NCBI RefSeq assembly: GCF_964355755.1 | Contig: NC_092671.1 | Span: 2,666,001-2,730,000, forward strand | Reading direction: 5' to 3' | DNA from: Antedon mediterranea | Lineage: Eukaryota; Animalia; Echinodermata | Length of the DNA: 64,000 bases | Part shown: piece by piece, positions 25,151 through 38,600 of the stretch | How positions within the stretch are numbered: position 1 is the first letter of the stretch | Layout of the letters: the number at the start of each line of letters is the position of its first letter | Notes under the pieces: generated by a model | What the model was told of the DNA's origin: nothing | Database searches by the model: none | What the model saw: only the letters and a program-made list of their open reading frames with translations | Translations under genes and position numbers: made by a program

Positions 25151-26960
25151 ACTAGAGAGAATAAACCTATATTTTGCAAGCACAGGGAGGTACTGTATAC
25201 TGTACAGGTACAGAACATACTGTACCTCCCTGCCCCTATTATATTCTACATAGCATATGTACAAAACAACAAATTGTACAATTGAGTTGTGCCAACACAA
25301 TTGTACTCTACATGGTGTTCACATTGATTTACTTCACATGACATGATGATTGGCCTCCAGACCTGTCTGTGAGGAAGTCTGCAACAGTCAGCATTATCTC
25401 TCCAGTGACTCCTTCCAAGGTTCTTAGGTCCCACATGTGCTGACTGATGAAGTGTGACAACAATGGTATTGTAAAAACAATAGGGCTTGTGCAGTGATGC
25501 GTGATGTAATCATTCCGACAGGGGTGTACTGTACATTGAATACCATACTGTACTATTAAATCTCTTATTTTCTCACATACAGTATATTACTTGAAAAATT
25601 ATTTTTTTATCTTTTTAATCTTAGTGTATGCCTACTAAATAGTGCTAGTGTTTATACTTTCGGATATGTCAGCAATAATATAAAGATAAAACAACTTTGA
25701 ATACAGTACACAGAAGGTATAGTATAGTACTACTGTAGTAGTACAACTAGTACTGTATAGTTACTACAGTATAATTATGTACAGTATCCATATCAGGAGA
25801 TTATTCTCTACCATTTGTTCAATGTTATTTAAAAAGACCATCAACTTACAATAATATCTCATTTGAATGATGTTAATATTAAATACAAGTTTATGAATCT
25901 GTAAAATTTTAACCAAATTCACTAAGAACTCAATTTTTATGCTGGTATTTTTTTGTATTGAAAATAGAATATCAGCTACAACTATATCATATTGCAGTGT
26001 TACATAAATACATTTTAAATGTTCATTTTTAAAATTTTACTATACTGTATTGTCAATTTGAAAAAGTGTGCACTTATTTTCAACGATGAACGTCAATTGT
26101 TATTCACTTAATGTGTTTGCTGAAATCACAATGACTAAACTTTTACCATTGTTTACCATTCTCAAACTGAGTTTGTGAAGTGAAGCGTGACACCATCTGC
26201 CCGCCGACAGGGGTATGCATTACGGCCACATTTTGACAAGCAGACACCATCACGTCTACTTTCGGTACCACCAGTCCACCACCACAAGTTAACTAAAATT
26301 ATACAGATTTTGCTTAGTAATGTTAACATAACAATTGTGTAATTCATTACTTACAGCAGGGAGTTGTTATTAGACTCCCTGCTTACAGTAGAATTATTAA
26401 TGTTTACATACAGAGGTAATTTTCTGATTTAATAACTCGCATATAAAATTGAAATAACGTACAGTACTACTGTAGTTAGTACAGGTATAGTGTTTTTTTA
26501 AAGTTTAACTATAGTAGTGCTGTATAGTACTGTAGAAATATAAATAATTAAAAGATATAAATCAATAAAAGTCAATTAATGCCCTACATTTACTTATCTT
26601 AACTGTTAAACTGATGGCCATAATATTATACATCGATGCATTTTGCCTGCTAAAAGTTCAAAATACTATATTTGGTATTAATTAGGTTAAACAACTCGTG
26701 ACTTAATTAATATCAGTACGGTATGATTATACTATACAAGCATTTTTTTAAATAATTTAATTAATCTCACTTAGTGTTGTACTTAATAAACACAAAGCTG
26801 GTTGACTATAGATGGAAAGAAGCCAACACCAGACAATGACCGTCGTGCTGTGTAGAGTAATCTGCGGGTTTAGAATGTTGTCATAACACAGTTAAAAGTT
26901 CTATAAAGGGATACTAATGAGTCACTCATCCTCATGTGTTTTAAAAATGTCAACATCCTT

Positions 26961-27112
26961 GCTCTGTCTACAAAAGTACACTATCAAACTTAATGTGACA
27001 AAAAATATGTGATATGCCCATATATGGACATGATGATGTCATATCACTACCATATTTGGGCATATCACTACCATATTTGGGCACACTATTTTTGTCAAAC
27101 TAGTTTGATACA
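26961..27112. mobile_element. MITE family A copy
   Basis: GCTCTGTCTACA..CACTATCAAACT start and CAAACTAGTTTGATA end, with the family internal repeats. Confidence 0.75.
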
Positions 27113-27145
27113 GGTTGCAACTTGCCCAACTGTTCTAGTGGCTAA

Positions 27146-27534
27146 AGCCTTGTTCACACTGAACTTGAAAAATGGTAAATTTAACCACGCTACTAGACAT
27201 TTAGTAACTAATGTCATGGGAAGATTTGATCACTTGGATATTTTCACGCAGTTACAGTAGTTTTACTGTAATTTTACCAAAATTTAACCGTGATGGACTC
27301 GCATATGTTAACATGATTCGTACGGATTGGACTTTTGAGCCGGGTAGTTAGTTTTTACCATGGAGGTACCTCCATGGTTTTACATTGTAAAACCATGGAG
27401 GTTTTACTTGGCAGGCAGTGGTCAGTAAAAGTAACTACCTATATTGGACTCAACCCTGTGGGAATTTCTTGGTCACTTTACCCGGCGACTTGGTAAATAA
27501 TTTGACCGAATTAAGTCCAGTGCGATCGAGACTT
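27146..27534. mobile_element. Degenerate Harbinger-like TIR element
   Basis: AGCCTTGTTCACACTGAACTT versus AAGTCCAGTGCGATCGAGACT imperfect inverted ends in a TAA context. Confidence 0.45.
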
Positions 27535-28833
27535 AATGCCGTTTTGGCCGATATATTTTGTAACTAGGTTGTAACTTGTGTTTGTATACAAATAATCATC
27601 AATTGCTCTGGTTAAATATCACAATGACCATTAAACACAATTGACCAGCTGACGTAATTGTACGTTTAAAAACCGACTTATACCTTCATAGTTTTTATTG
27701 ATCATTCCACAAGAAATTCCTGTGGTTAAACGACCTCGGACACATTTGAAATAATAAAAGCTGATCACACTCAAACAAATTTTATTTGTAAATCCTGTTA
27801 TAAAAGACAGATTGATTGTTTGTTTAGATCTGTTTTGATAACATGTGTCAAAGAATTTAACGAGTAATCCTTACCTGTAAGAACAAGTAACAAAAGAAAT
27901 TAAAAATTGTGATTTGCTTTAAAAGTGTACTGTTTCAATTTTAGCTATTTTTATTTATTGAATAAGAAAACGTTTTACAGTACTGTAGATCTGTTTTGAT
28001 AACATCAAATGTCAAAGAATCTAAAAAGTAATCATCCTTATACCTAAGATTTATAAGAACAATTGAAAATAAAAGAAAATCACTTGTATCGTCTCAACTT
28101 ACAGTAGCTACAGTATTTTTTTTTATTGAATAAGAAATTATGCTTCCACAATTTGTTCCACATTTTTTTCTTGAAATCTTGATTTTTTCCAGTTTTCCAG
28201 TCTTGTTATGGGTCGTTTTACTTACAACAATTCTAACTAGTAAATTATTATTTTTTTTGCTGTAAATCTGTCAAACATTTCATAGCATCAGGGGATCTAT
28301 TTGAAAGTAATGTGTTTAAGAGATTTAATATCGTTCAACGAATTGATCCCATAAGTAAACCACTTAAATCGCGTTTTTTTTTTGTTTCTATGAAATGTGC
28401 TGTAATTCTATAATTTTCTGACTTGAATGTTTTAAAATGTGATAGATCTTTCTTCTTAGAGATCAATACAGTTGATTTATTGTAACTTTACTGATGTTAC
28501 AAACATTAATGCTTTATAATTGGATCACGTTAGACTTATTAATGTTTTATAGAATAAATTGTTAATGTTAGTTCACATAGATAATTATCATATTATTCTT
28601 TATACTAATGATAATAACATTGCTGGACAACAAGATTCTACTGTAGTGTATGTAATTGTAAATGTTTTTCGAGTCTAATAGTGGTAGGATTTTACGTCAA
28701 AATCAAATCTCTTTTTTGATGAAACTTGTGGTACACTATCTTTACAAATGGCATCATATTCATCTTTTCTCTGAATTTTGGATCTCTTGTAAATCTACCT
28801 TATGGTCTATCTTGAACTGTATTCACCTACAGT

Positions 28834-29172
28834 ATTAAATAAAGTATGCAAGATTGGTTGCTTTGATTAAACTTAGTCTTATTAAATAAAGTATGCAAGA
28901 TTGGTTGCTTTGATTAAACTTAGTCTTATAAATAAAGTATGCAAGATTGGTTGCTTTGATTAAACTTAGTCTTATTAAATAAAGTATGCAAGATTGAAAA
29001 GTGTTGCTTCAATTAGTCTTCTTAAATAAAGTATGCCAGATTGAAAAGTTTTGCTACCATGAAATGTAGTCTTATTAAATAAAGTATTCAAGATTGTAAA
29101 GTGTTGCTTTGATTAAACTTATTCATAAAATAAAGTATGCAAGATTGTAAAGTGTTGCTTCGATTAAAACTT
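28834..29172. repeat. ~46-bp minisatellite, about 7 units, degenerating rightward
   Basis: ATTAAATAAAGTATGCAAGATTGGTTGCTTTGATTAAACTTAGTCTT repeated. Confidence 0.9.
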
Positions 29173-29681
29173 ACAGTAGTCTTGTCTATTTTATAGAAAA
29201 ATTACAAATCCTTCTTAAATGATAAATTAAAATACTTTCTTAGAATTTCATAAAAACAAAATAGATTTACAGAATTAATTGCAAACAATCAATGCTCTCA
29301 TGACAAATGGTATGATTTACTCACTAACTACTGTTTAGCCTTTAGCTTAATTAATTCTGGCACTTATTTTACATCATAGATATCTTTGAAGTCCAACATT
29401 CAAATTTATGTTGTGCCGTAAATGAATGTGTAAAGACTGTACTACTGTAACAGTAATGTATTTCATATTCCATTTACTTGAATGTTTCGATTAATGTACT
29501 GAAAACTAACTGTACTGTTGCAGTAAAAGAGTTTTATGCTACTATGCATTGCTAATTGTATTTTCCTTCTTTTTCAGCTACTGTACCCCCACTGTTTTTT
29601 GATTGATCACTGAAGAAAATGTGACTGAATGAATCGATCAAAACAATCTCATAATTTTCGTTGTAAAAATCTCAATTTGAG

Positions 29682-32600
29682 ATGTTTAATGGTACTATGA
29701 CAGAGGATCATACAGTCTTGGAACTATCCACTGAGATTGCTAAGGCAGCTGAGGCAGCATTGATCCCGCTACAGGATGATCTAGCAGAATGGTTGTCAAG
29801 AGTTCTAGGTAAGTGCTTATGCTGGCATCACAGTGTGCAGAAGGACTAGCTTATGCAGTGGTACAGTTTGTTGAATATTCTGTGCACTACAGTAACTTAG
29901 GTACAGCAAGACAATCAAACAACAGAAAGTTGTTGGTAGTTGTCGAAGCCAGACATAAGATAAAAGGACTGTTAGGAGACTAGACTAGGCCCTAGAGAAC
30001 AGTTGCTGCACAGAAGAGGTCACCCAGTATAAAGAAGACATGCATCAAATAAGCTTGGTTACCACTATAGATCCAACATACCATTGACTTACACTCAATT
30101 TGTTGATCTCCCCTGAGGTCCTTCAACGAGATTAACAATGGATTTCATTCGTATCCTCTTTCTCTGTATTCATATTAAGATGTGATTGAAAGTTGTTAGC
30201 AAAGTGAAACATTTTATGGTACACCAAGTAGCGGATTATTGTCACCAACATCACTCTTACAGATTGGTAATGAATACGGACTTTTGGTATTACAGCCAAA
30301 TAAAAAGAACAAGATAAAATATTAAAAATAGTACTAAATTTAGATTTGAACATATGGTTTTGCTGGAATTTGAAGTTATTAATTATTGACTCGATACCAT
30401 ACAAGTACAAATACAGATAAAAACGTAAAACTGTAACCGTTTTTTTACAGTATGGTACTAGGGATAGCCCTCTAAATCTCCAAAAGGGGATTTATATTCT
30501 AAAGAGTCTCTGAAAATTTATAAACAATGTTTGTTCTTCATTCTCAGAATAAATACTACAGTAGATTTGATTAAATAATAGTATTTAATTAATACAATAT
30601 TTGATTTTAAGATTAATTATACACAATAAGTCAAGTGTGCAGTAGGTTACGGTACTGTGATTGCATAGATAGATTTAGTTGATTATTTCTTAATTATCTC
30701 CTGAGAAATCTTGTCCTGTGCTGTACAGTTTGAACTTAAGATCTTCTAAAATGAATTTGGAAGAATTACAGTACTTTTTATCAATTGAACTAGAACCCCT
30801 GTTAAGGGGAAATCTTCAGAACCCAACAGTCAGTGTCCCCTTACAGTAATATGAGTTTGGTTGTACAGTAGTGTTAAAACATAATGTTTCCCCTTGTTCA
30901 TTTCACAGGAAAGTGTCCCCTTAATGTGTTTTAATAGAAGTGTACAGTAGATTACAAATCCATTAAAAAATTCTAATTATTATTATACGAAAAATAAAAT
31001 TATATTTTAAAAAGGGTATTTAAAATATGAAGTAACTTAATTCTGAAATGGCTAAGGATAGCTCTAATATTAGAATGTTATGATTACAGACTTGATAAAT
31101 GAGACCATACCATCATTATATAAACCATATAATGGTAAATAATACAGTATGCAATTGCACACCAAGTCACGTCTTCTCCCCATAGCATTAACTTACAATG
31201 TAGTTAGTAACATATTGATTAGGCTATACATTTCTCCAGTACTGTTCCCATGACCTTGATTTTAACTAGGCACGTTGTAATTATGTCGTTGACAGTATTA
31301 GGCAAATTGACATTGATATTTTATAACTTAAGATCTATTTTTATGCTGGCTATCAATATAGTTTTTATTGTAATCTCTCAATTTTGCTTCTGTGTTTGCT
31401 GATAAAATTGTAATCCTGATGATAAGGTTCTTTTATAAAATATTCATAAACATTGTGTTGGGTTTAGGGTAGACTTCAAATGGGCTTATACCTGAGTATA
31501 GAGTAGGCCTATATTTTACCAGAGGTGAATTTTACTTTACTTTTATCGTACTTACTGTAAAGGTACAGTATACTGTTGTTAGATTTGCTTATACAGTAGT
31601 TTGCCTGCTCTTACCGAATTCAAGAGAAAAAGATGAATTTGTCCTACCTACGGTATAGTAGGCCTACTGCAAAAATCTACATGTAGTATACAATATATCA
31701 TTGGATTGTACAGTACAACTGTATTACTGTACATACTTCAGCCTACTTGTTTTCTCTCTACCAATCTCTATTTCTATTAGTAGTAATAACAGTAATACCA
31801 CTGCCACTATCAACCCTCATCTATCACATTGAGCTGTCAAAACAAATGAATTAATATGTTAATTCAATAAATTAATAACAAAACTAATTTTGATAATAAT
31901 CGTAAAATACCAGATGCTTTTAGTCCAAAGAAACGACATTGATATCACAAGAAATTATGTATATATGGCAAAAAACAAAAAAAATCACCTTTAAACATTT
32001 ATTTTCGGTCATCAAATGCATGCTGCAATTTATGTTTTTTTAAGTTAAATGGCGGTTAACTATAAAAAATGAAATATTATTCATAATTAAATATTATATT
32101 AAAATCATGAATATGACATGTATTTGAACTAGAACCCCTGTTTAAACAGACATCTTCAGAACCCAACAAATGATCCTCTTAATAGGAGTTTTGTCGAGGT
32201 AAAACATACAGTACAGTACATTGCCCCTCATTCTTCCTACGTAGACTTAAATCATTTGGTATAAATTCTGAAATAATGTCGTCCTTCTAGGTCAGTTATA
32301 GAGAGTGTCATAACGTATTCTTTAACGGTATGGTTCGGTAGCACTACCGAAAATGAAAAGCGTGACCTAAATAGAATAGTCAAGACCGCATCGCGTATAA
32401 TTGGATCTGCAAAATTGCCTTTGGAGAACATATTTTCGGATTGTCTTCTGAAAAAGGCAGTGGCTATCAAAGATGATCAATTTCATCCGGCCTCTAGTAT
32501 GTTCCAGTTGATGCGCAGCAGTCGACGATTTCGTTCTATTAAGGCCAATAAGGCACGATTACAAATAGTTTCTTTCCAGGAGCTATTAGAGCCTTAAACA

Positions 32601-35600
32601 TCATGTAGACACTTTTTTGTAATGTTTTTGTTTTTGAGTTCGTGTTGTGTCCGTTGGATATTGTGCTCCGCCAACAGAGCAAACAGAATTTCTATGTTAT
32701 TTCTTTAAAAAAATGATAATAAATGATACTTGACTTGACTTGATTCATTTCACTGGTAATTGGCCCCTTAATGTGTTTACGAGTGTAGATTACAATCCAT
32801 TATTTTAAAATTCTAATAATGTATTATAGATACGAAAACATTTTAATATTTTAATAAAGGGTATTTTCAATAGGAAGTAATTTTTTGATATGTTGTATTT
32901 GGTTTATTAATTGTTATACTGTTGGCTACTTCCTTTACTGTACATGCCCATGTCTTGTCCGGAATATTTCCTTGTAATTGTATTCTGTCTACATGACCAA
33001 AACATAGTTTCTTATGTTCGAGATCGCAATATCCTTGTAGAATTATCTTTTCCTTTTTATTTCCTTGTCTTTTTTGCACCAGTAATTTACAGTATATCAG
33101 GTAGAAGCATAATTCATCAATACAAAATGGAGGTTACTTTTAATATGAAGAAAGCATTTGAAATATAACTACACATTTACAGTGCACATCCATGCATAGT
33201 ATTATCACGTCCATTGCCCATCCGATGCTAATTTATATCTGAAATATTTATGCTATTAGGATCACGAATGATATTCTTAATGTACTGTAAATGTATGTCA
33301 CAAAGATTTGAATTATGAATTGAATATCGAGTTCTAAGAATTATTAGCTGTGTAAGAAAAATTAGATGCATAAGATTTCATAATCATAGTGAGATTTCCA
33401 GTGCCGGGAAAACACTATTAATTCGTTTGAAATTATTAATATTGCAAAATAAAATAATGCAGTGCGGTATTAGTGGTCTTGTAGTATGTTACCAGGCTTT
33501 TAATTTGAAAAGTATGGGTACAAATCCTACCTATGTATAGTACCATAAACATTTTTGTTATTAAGATAATTTGACAGGTTACAATACAGTTACATCACAA
33601 ATTGGTAACATTAAAATAGATTTTTGAACAATTTATTTTTTTTATTTATGAAGATTTTTGTTTGTTTTTTTTGTCATTTCATAATATATTTCTCATAAAA
33701 ATTAATCATAACTTTATTTTGAAAAGATTCATAGTCATTATTATCATTAAGTAAATCATTATTATCATTTATTATTTAGCTTGCTTTCATTTTATTTTTC
33801 GCATCACCTTTCAGATATACATATCTCCGCAAGTAATTTCATGGAGTCTTTATCTGATGGTGTCTTACCGTGTAAATTAGCTCAACTACTACAAAACAAA
33901 GCGGAAGAATGCAAAAAACAAGGATTAATCGCACAAGTAAGAACACCAGTGTATAATTATGTAATAATTACTGTATTGATTCAAATAAAAGCCCACCCTG
34001 GGATAAATTTTTACATTTGAGTAATTGTCTTAAAAATTATTTTTGTTAGAATAAGCGGACTCATGGTGGTCCTCTTGTAAAAACTCATCCTTATATAATT
34101 TTGTGTTTTTTTTTTATAATTTAAGGACTTGCCAAGGTCAAGGGTGAGATACCGAGCGAATGCAAGAAGAGGGTCATTTTTCGCAAGGGACAACACAGCT
34201 AGCTTTCTTCAATGGTGCCGTGAAATTGGTTTAGAAGATACCTGTTTATTTGAAACTGAGGGCTTAGGTAAGTACTGTGTACAGTTTACTATGTTATAAA
34301 AATAAATTATTAGAGGTGTGTTGGAGGATTAGTCCATTATTATAGGGGGATGTTCAAGGAATCTTTTTACACAATTCAGTAGCTTTCTCCCTTGGAAGAT
34401 TTATCCAGGTAAGCGGCACTCATCATATATGTTTTTTTTACTACAGAAATGTCATGATGCGTAGTAGTACAGTACATAATTGGTTTCAATTGATAGAAGA
34501 TTACATACAATAGCTATTTTAATGCCAATACTATTATTTTGAATCTCAGTTCTCAGAAAATCTGGTTTAAAAAAATTATTTTATTCAAAGAAAGTTTTAA
34601 ATTACTCTTCAATAGAACATGACACTCTATATTTGCATGATAAGTTTGTTTTTCTTCAGAAGATGGTTGATGCATTTTGAGATTTCCTAGCTCTCTTTAT
34701 TGAGATAATGTGGTATTTTACCGCAAACAGTATTTTTAGTTGGAGAACAAAAATCACTTACACTAGTACATTAATGCATCTTTGTTTTACTGTAAGCGCA
34801 CTTTCTCCATTTTTTCTACAAAATCACTATAATATCGATAATGGGAAAGTGATCTTTCCTATGAGACGAGACCTGATGTAACTATCAGATCTAACTTCTT
34901 ATACTTTACCAATTTTTCTTCAAAATCAACACTTTAATATCAGTAATGGGAAACTGAGCTGGCCTTTGAGAGTAGATCTGAATTTATACATAACACATAG
35001 CTATTGAAGCCAATTAACTGTAGGCACATGTCTGTATGTTATATTCTATTTTGAATTCAATACAAAGAGAGGCTTGTTTTATATTCATGTATTATGCGTA
35101 GCCCTAAGGTCACATCATTAACATTGATAGTATCAAGCAATCACAATGATTTGCTACAGTATGTGCACAGAATCGAGTCTATTCTCATTTTATTTAGGAT
35201 GGGTCTTACTCAATGGATGAATTATTCGTCAATTAAATGATTCAATATGTTGCGATATCATCTGAAAATGCATTGAAAAAAGAGATTTGTGTCAGCAGAG
35301 TCCAGGATAAAACAAATAAAACAAAACACCGAACTGGAAACTGGATTATAAATGACGAAACAAACTAAATATGTAAAACTAAAGTAATAATAAAGGGGAC
35401 AGCCACCTTATACACATCTCAATAATTTGGTGAAAAATGTCTTTTCTTCAAAATATAAACGGGTTGCAAAAACAAACGACTGATTGTTTGATTTGTTGAT
35501 CCCTTTTAAAAGGAAGTAAATTATAACAAAATGATTTGAATGATGATATCACTTATTTTAATAATATTCATAAACAAACAGATGTGAGTAGGGAGATTAG

Positions 35601-38600
35601 ACTAGCTACTTAACATCCCTGTTACCCTCACCTATCATCTTCCACTTTGTCTTTTACCACAACATCAACATTTATACATTTTCTCCTCATAACATCATCA
35701 TGTTAAGCTTGACGGATTTTCCTTTCACAAGAGAATCTTTTAATAATTTGTAACTAATCCTAAAGGATAGATCATGCAATTACAGATTGATTATTTATTA
35801 CCACTTAGTTAAAAAAACCTAAAACCTGTTCTACGTCAAGAACACATCTCTGTTATCTCGTTGAAATCATGCTAGACTTAACTACGGATAAAAGTATTAG
35901 TGTTTTAGAGAATTTATTTCAACAAATTAAGTCTTTATCCGTTTCTGTGTTTTTTTTCTCCTCATAACTATGGGATCAATGAACTGAATGTTATGGCTTG
36001 ATGTGATATTTATAGTACTTTTTGATACAGTTGTAAATAATGTTTTTATAATATACTTTTATAGTAGCATTATTGTACATAATAGTTACTACTGTACTTT
36101 CGTTATTCACTAATTTATGTATCATCTATTCAGTTAAGCTTGGTTCCTACTAAAGAACGCAACATAAGTAATTTGCTTGTGATTGGTCAACTTGTTTGCG
36201 TTGCATCTGTGTCCTTGCTTTGCGTCTCTAGTGGGAACCAAACTTAAAAAGGCCCTCTTTTGTGACACCCCTATTCATAAGGGGAGAACCTACAGGAGAT
36301 TAAGAAGATGTTTCTCCGTCAAATGAATGAGGGAAATAAATGTCTTAGATTTATCAAAGGGACACTTTTTTTTGTGTCCCCTTTCAGTACATGATGGAGA
36401 GAATAGTAACTTTCACACATTCGTACCAAGTTAACAATTTGGTACAATATGTTACAGTTTGTGATGTTTTGTGTGAATTGGATATACATTGAGAAATATT
36501 ATGTAATTGAGTGCATCCAGAAGAATTTATGACAAATTAAAATGCAATGAATAGGAGAGTTGTCTCATGGTATTTAGATAATTTTAATTCATATTTAATA
36601 TTTCCACCCTAATTTGGTAAATCAGTTTTCGGATGATACTAATCAGTCATGTGTGAAACTATTGTTTACTATAATGAGGTGAATTAGGCTGTCAGGCATC
36701 TGGCTATTTGTTGAATGTCCTCCAAAACAATTAATTCTTTTAATAAAAAATGGTAATGTCCACATATTAATATAAATCAGGCAGCACCTTGTTCTTGAAT
36801 GATTATTCACTTTATGAGCACAATTTGTCTGCAAATTAGAGTTGTGTCAATCAAGTTTATGGACTTTAAGTCCAAAGATGATGGTCATTGTCCATTTACT
36901 GATTGAAAATGCCACTGGCTAGGTGTATTACTGTGTTTGGTAATGTCCATTTGATTATTGACCAAACGAACTGCAGAAAAATAATCCTATATTTATGATA
37001 ATTTTATTACGGTCTTTATTTATTTGTCAGCAAAAAATGACATACTTTATAAAATGATTGTTAGAAATAGCCATGCAATGTTGACGATGTTGCCTTTATA
37101 ATATTAGAGAGCTCCTGATTTCTCACGAGCAGAACATGTAATTGATGCATTACATCATGTGTACAGGTCATCGTCCAGCTCTGCTATGCTAGGCGGTTAA
37201 GGCAGGGGTGCCATAAAATCGGCAAAGGTTCAAGGCTCTCCTCGATCTTTGTTTTGTTGGATAAGGATCTTAAGCTGGAGGTCCAGTTTCCACATCTGAC
37301 TTACAGTATGTGCAGTTTAAGAAATTAATGAATCTTGAGTAAAGGGTTAACCTCTGTGTACTGGTCTACACTGTGACTTTTTTGAGTATGTACTGTACAG
37401 GGTCTAATCCGAATTTCCATTGAGGGCAAATAATGTAATATGTGATAACAGAATTCAAGTTCATAACCTGAACCTAGAATCCATTGGGTCCGGAGACAAA
37501 TATTATAATACCTCTACCAGGGAGTTGTAAAATAACTCCCTGCCTCTACTGTATATGATGTTATAGACCTTTAGATGGCAAATCTATTGGTGATGTTGGT
37601 GGTGATAGCTAGGTAGCAATATAGCATGATAAAGAAGCAACATGACAATAATTTTTATGCGCAGAACATTTGTAAAGATACAAATATTATGAAGATTTAA
37701 AATAATTGTATGACATGACAGAAATCTAACTTCTAATACCATCTGTTGTCTTTATTCTAAAAAGTAATTAATTATGAGTCATGTCTTTGAAAATTCACAA
37801 TAATTTGTCATTAATCTATAAAATGAAATGTTCCAATACGTCATTAATAAAAGTACTTTTGTGCTCACTGTATACAGAAATCATCAAGTAACCTCGTTGT
37901 TACACATAATAGTACTGTATATGCAAACTCAAAAAAATATATCAGCAATCATATTTATTCTAAATTAAGAACATTGAATATCGTTCTGTCTACTGAATAT
38001 GAATAATAATTTCACTTTTCTAAATTAATCATTGTCCTACAGTATCGGATATAGGAGGTGGTAACCCCCTGATACAGGGGCTTGTGAACCAGCTCACTGG
38101 GGAAACTCCTACTTTTCTTGAATGATGGGTTCTTTAAACTGCACACAGGCAAACTATGTACACTGGACCTATGGTTTATAGTCCCTATTCGAGAAGAATT
38201 GTTCCACAACAAGAACTAGGAGCGAGTTGGCTTCGAACCTATTCAAATATTGTAGGTTCTTTAGGTACGGCGCCCTTGCTTAAACCACTCAGCCATTTCA
38301 CAGCAGAAAAACTATCTTTACCCAGTTTGTTTGATATTTGAAAATTACATTAATCGGTTGAAGCATTAATAAATTATTAAATTTTATTTTTACATATTTG
38401 TTTGTTTTAATAAATAAATAGACTGTTTCCTTTATTGATACTAGACAAGCTGTTTGTGTTACTATGGCAATACCAAGGTGTGTTTAAAGAATCCGAAAAT
38501 TATGCTAGAAATAGATCGCTGATTGTTAGAAGGCTTTATCCGTTATTGTCTGTTTACGTCTGTAGCTTGTTCCTTTCAGAACGGAAAGCGAGGGAGAATA

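Noticed and set aside
25246-26347. GC-richer islands as extra GAS2 coding exons
   Set aside because: No convincing phase-compatible splice sites; they may be UTR or enhancer sequence.
28834-29172. Repeat arrays (also 41805-42232 and 58487-58703) as CRISPR
   Set aside because: Head-to-tail units without unique spacers, eukaryotic context, and no cas genes.
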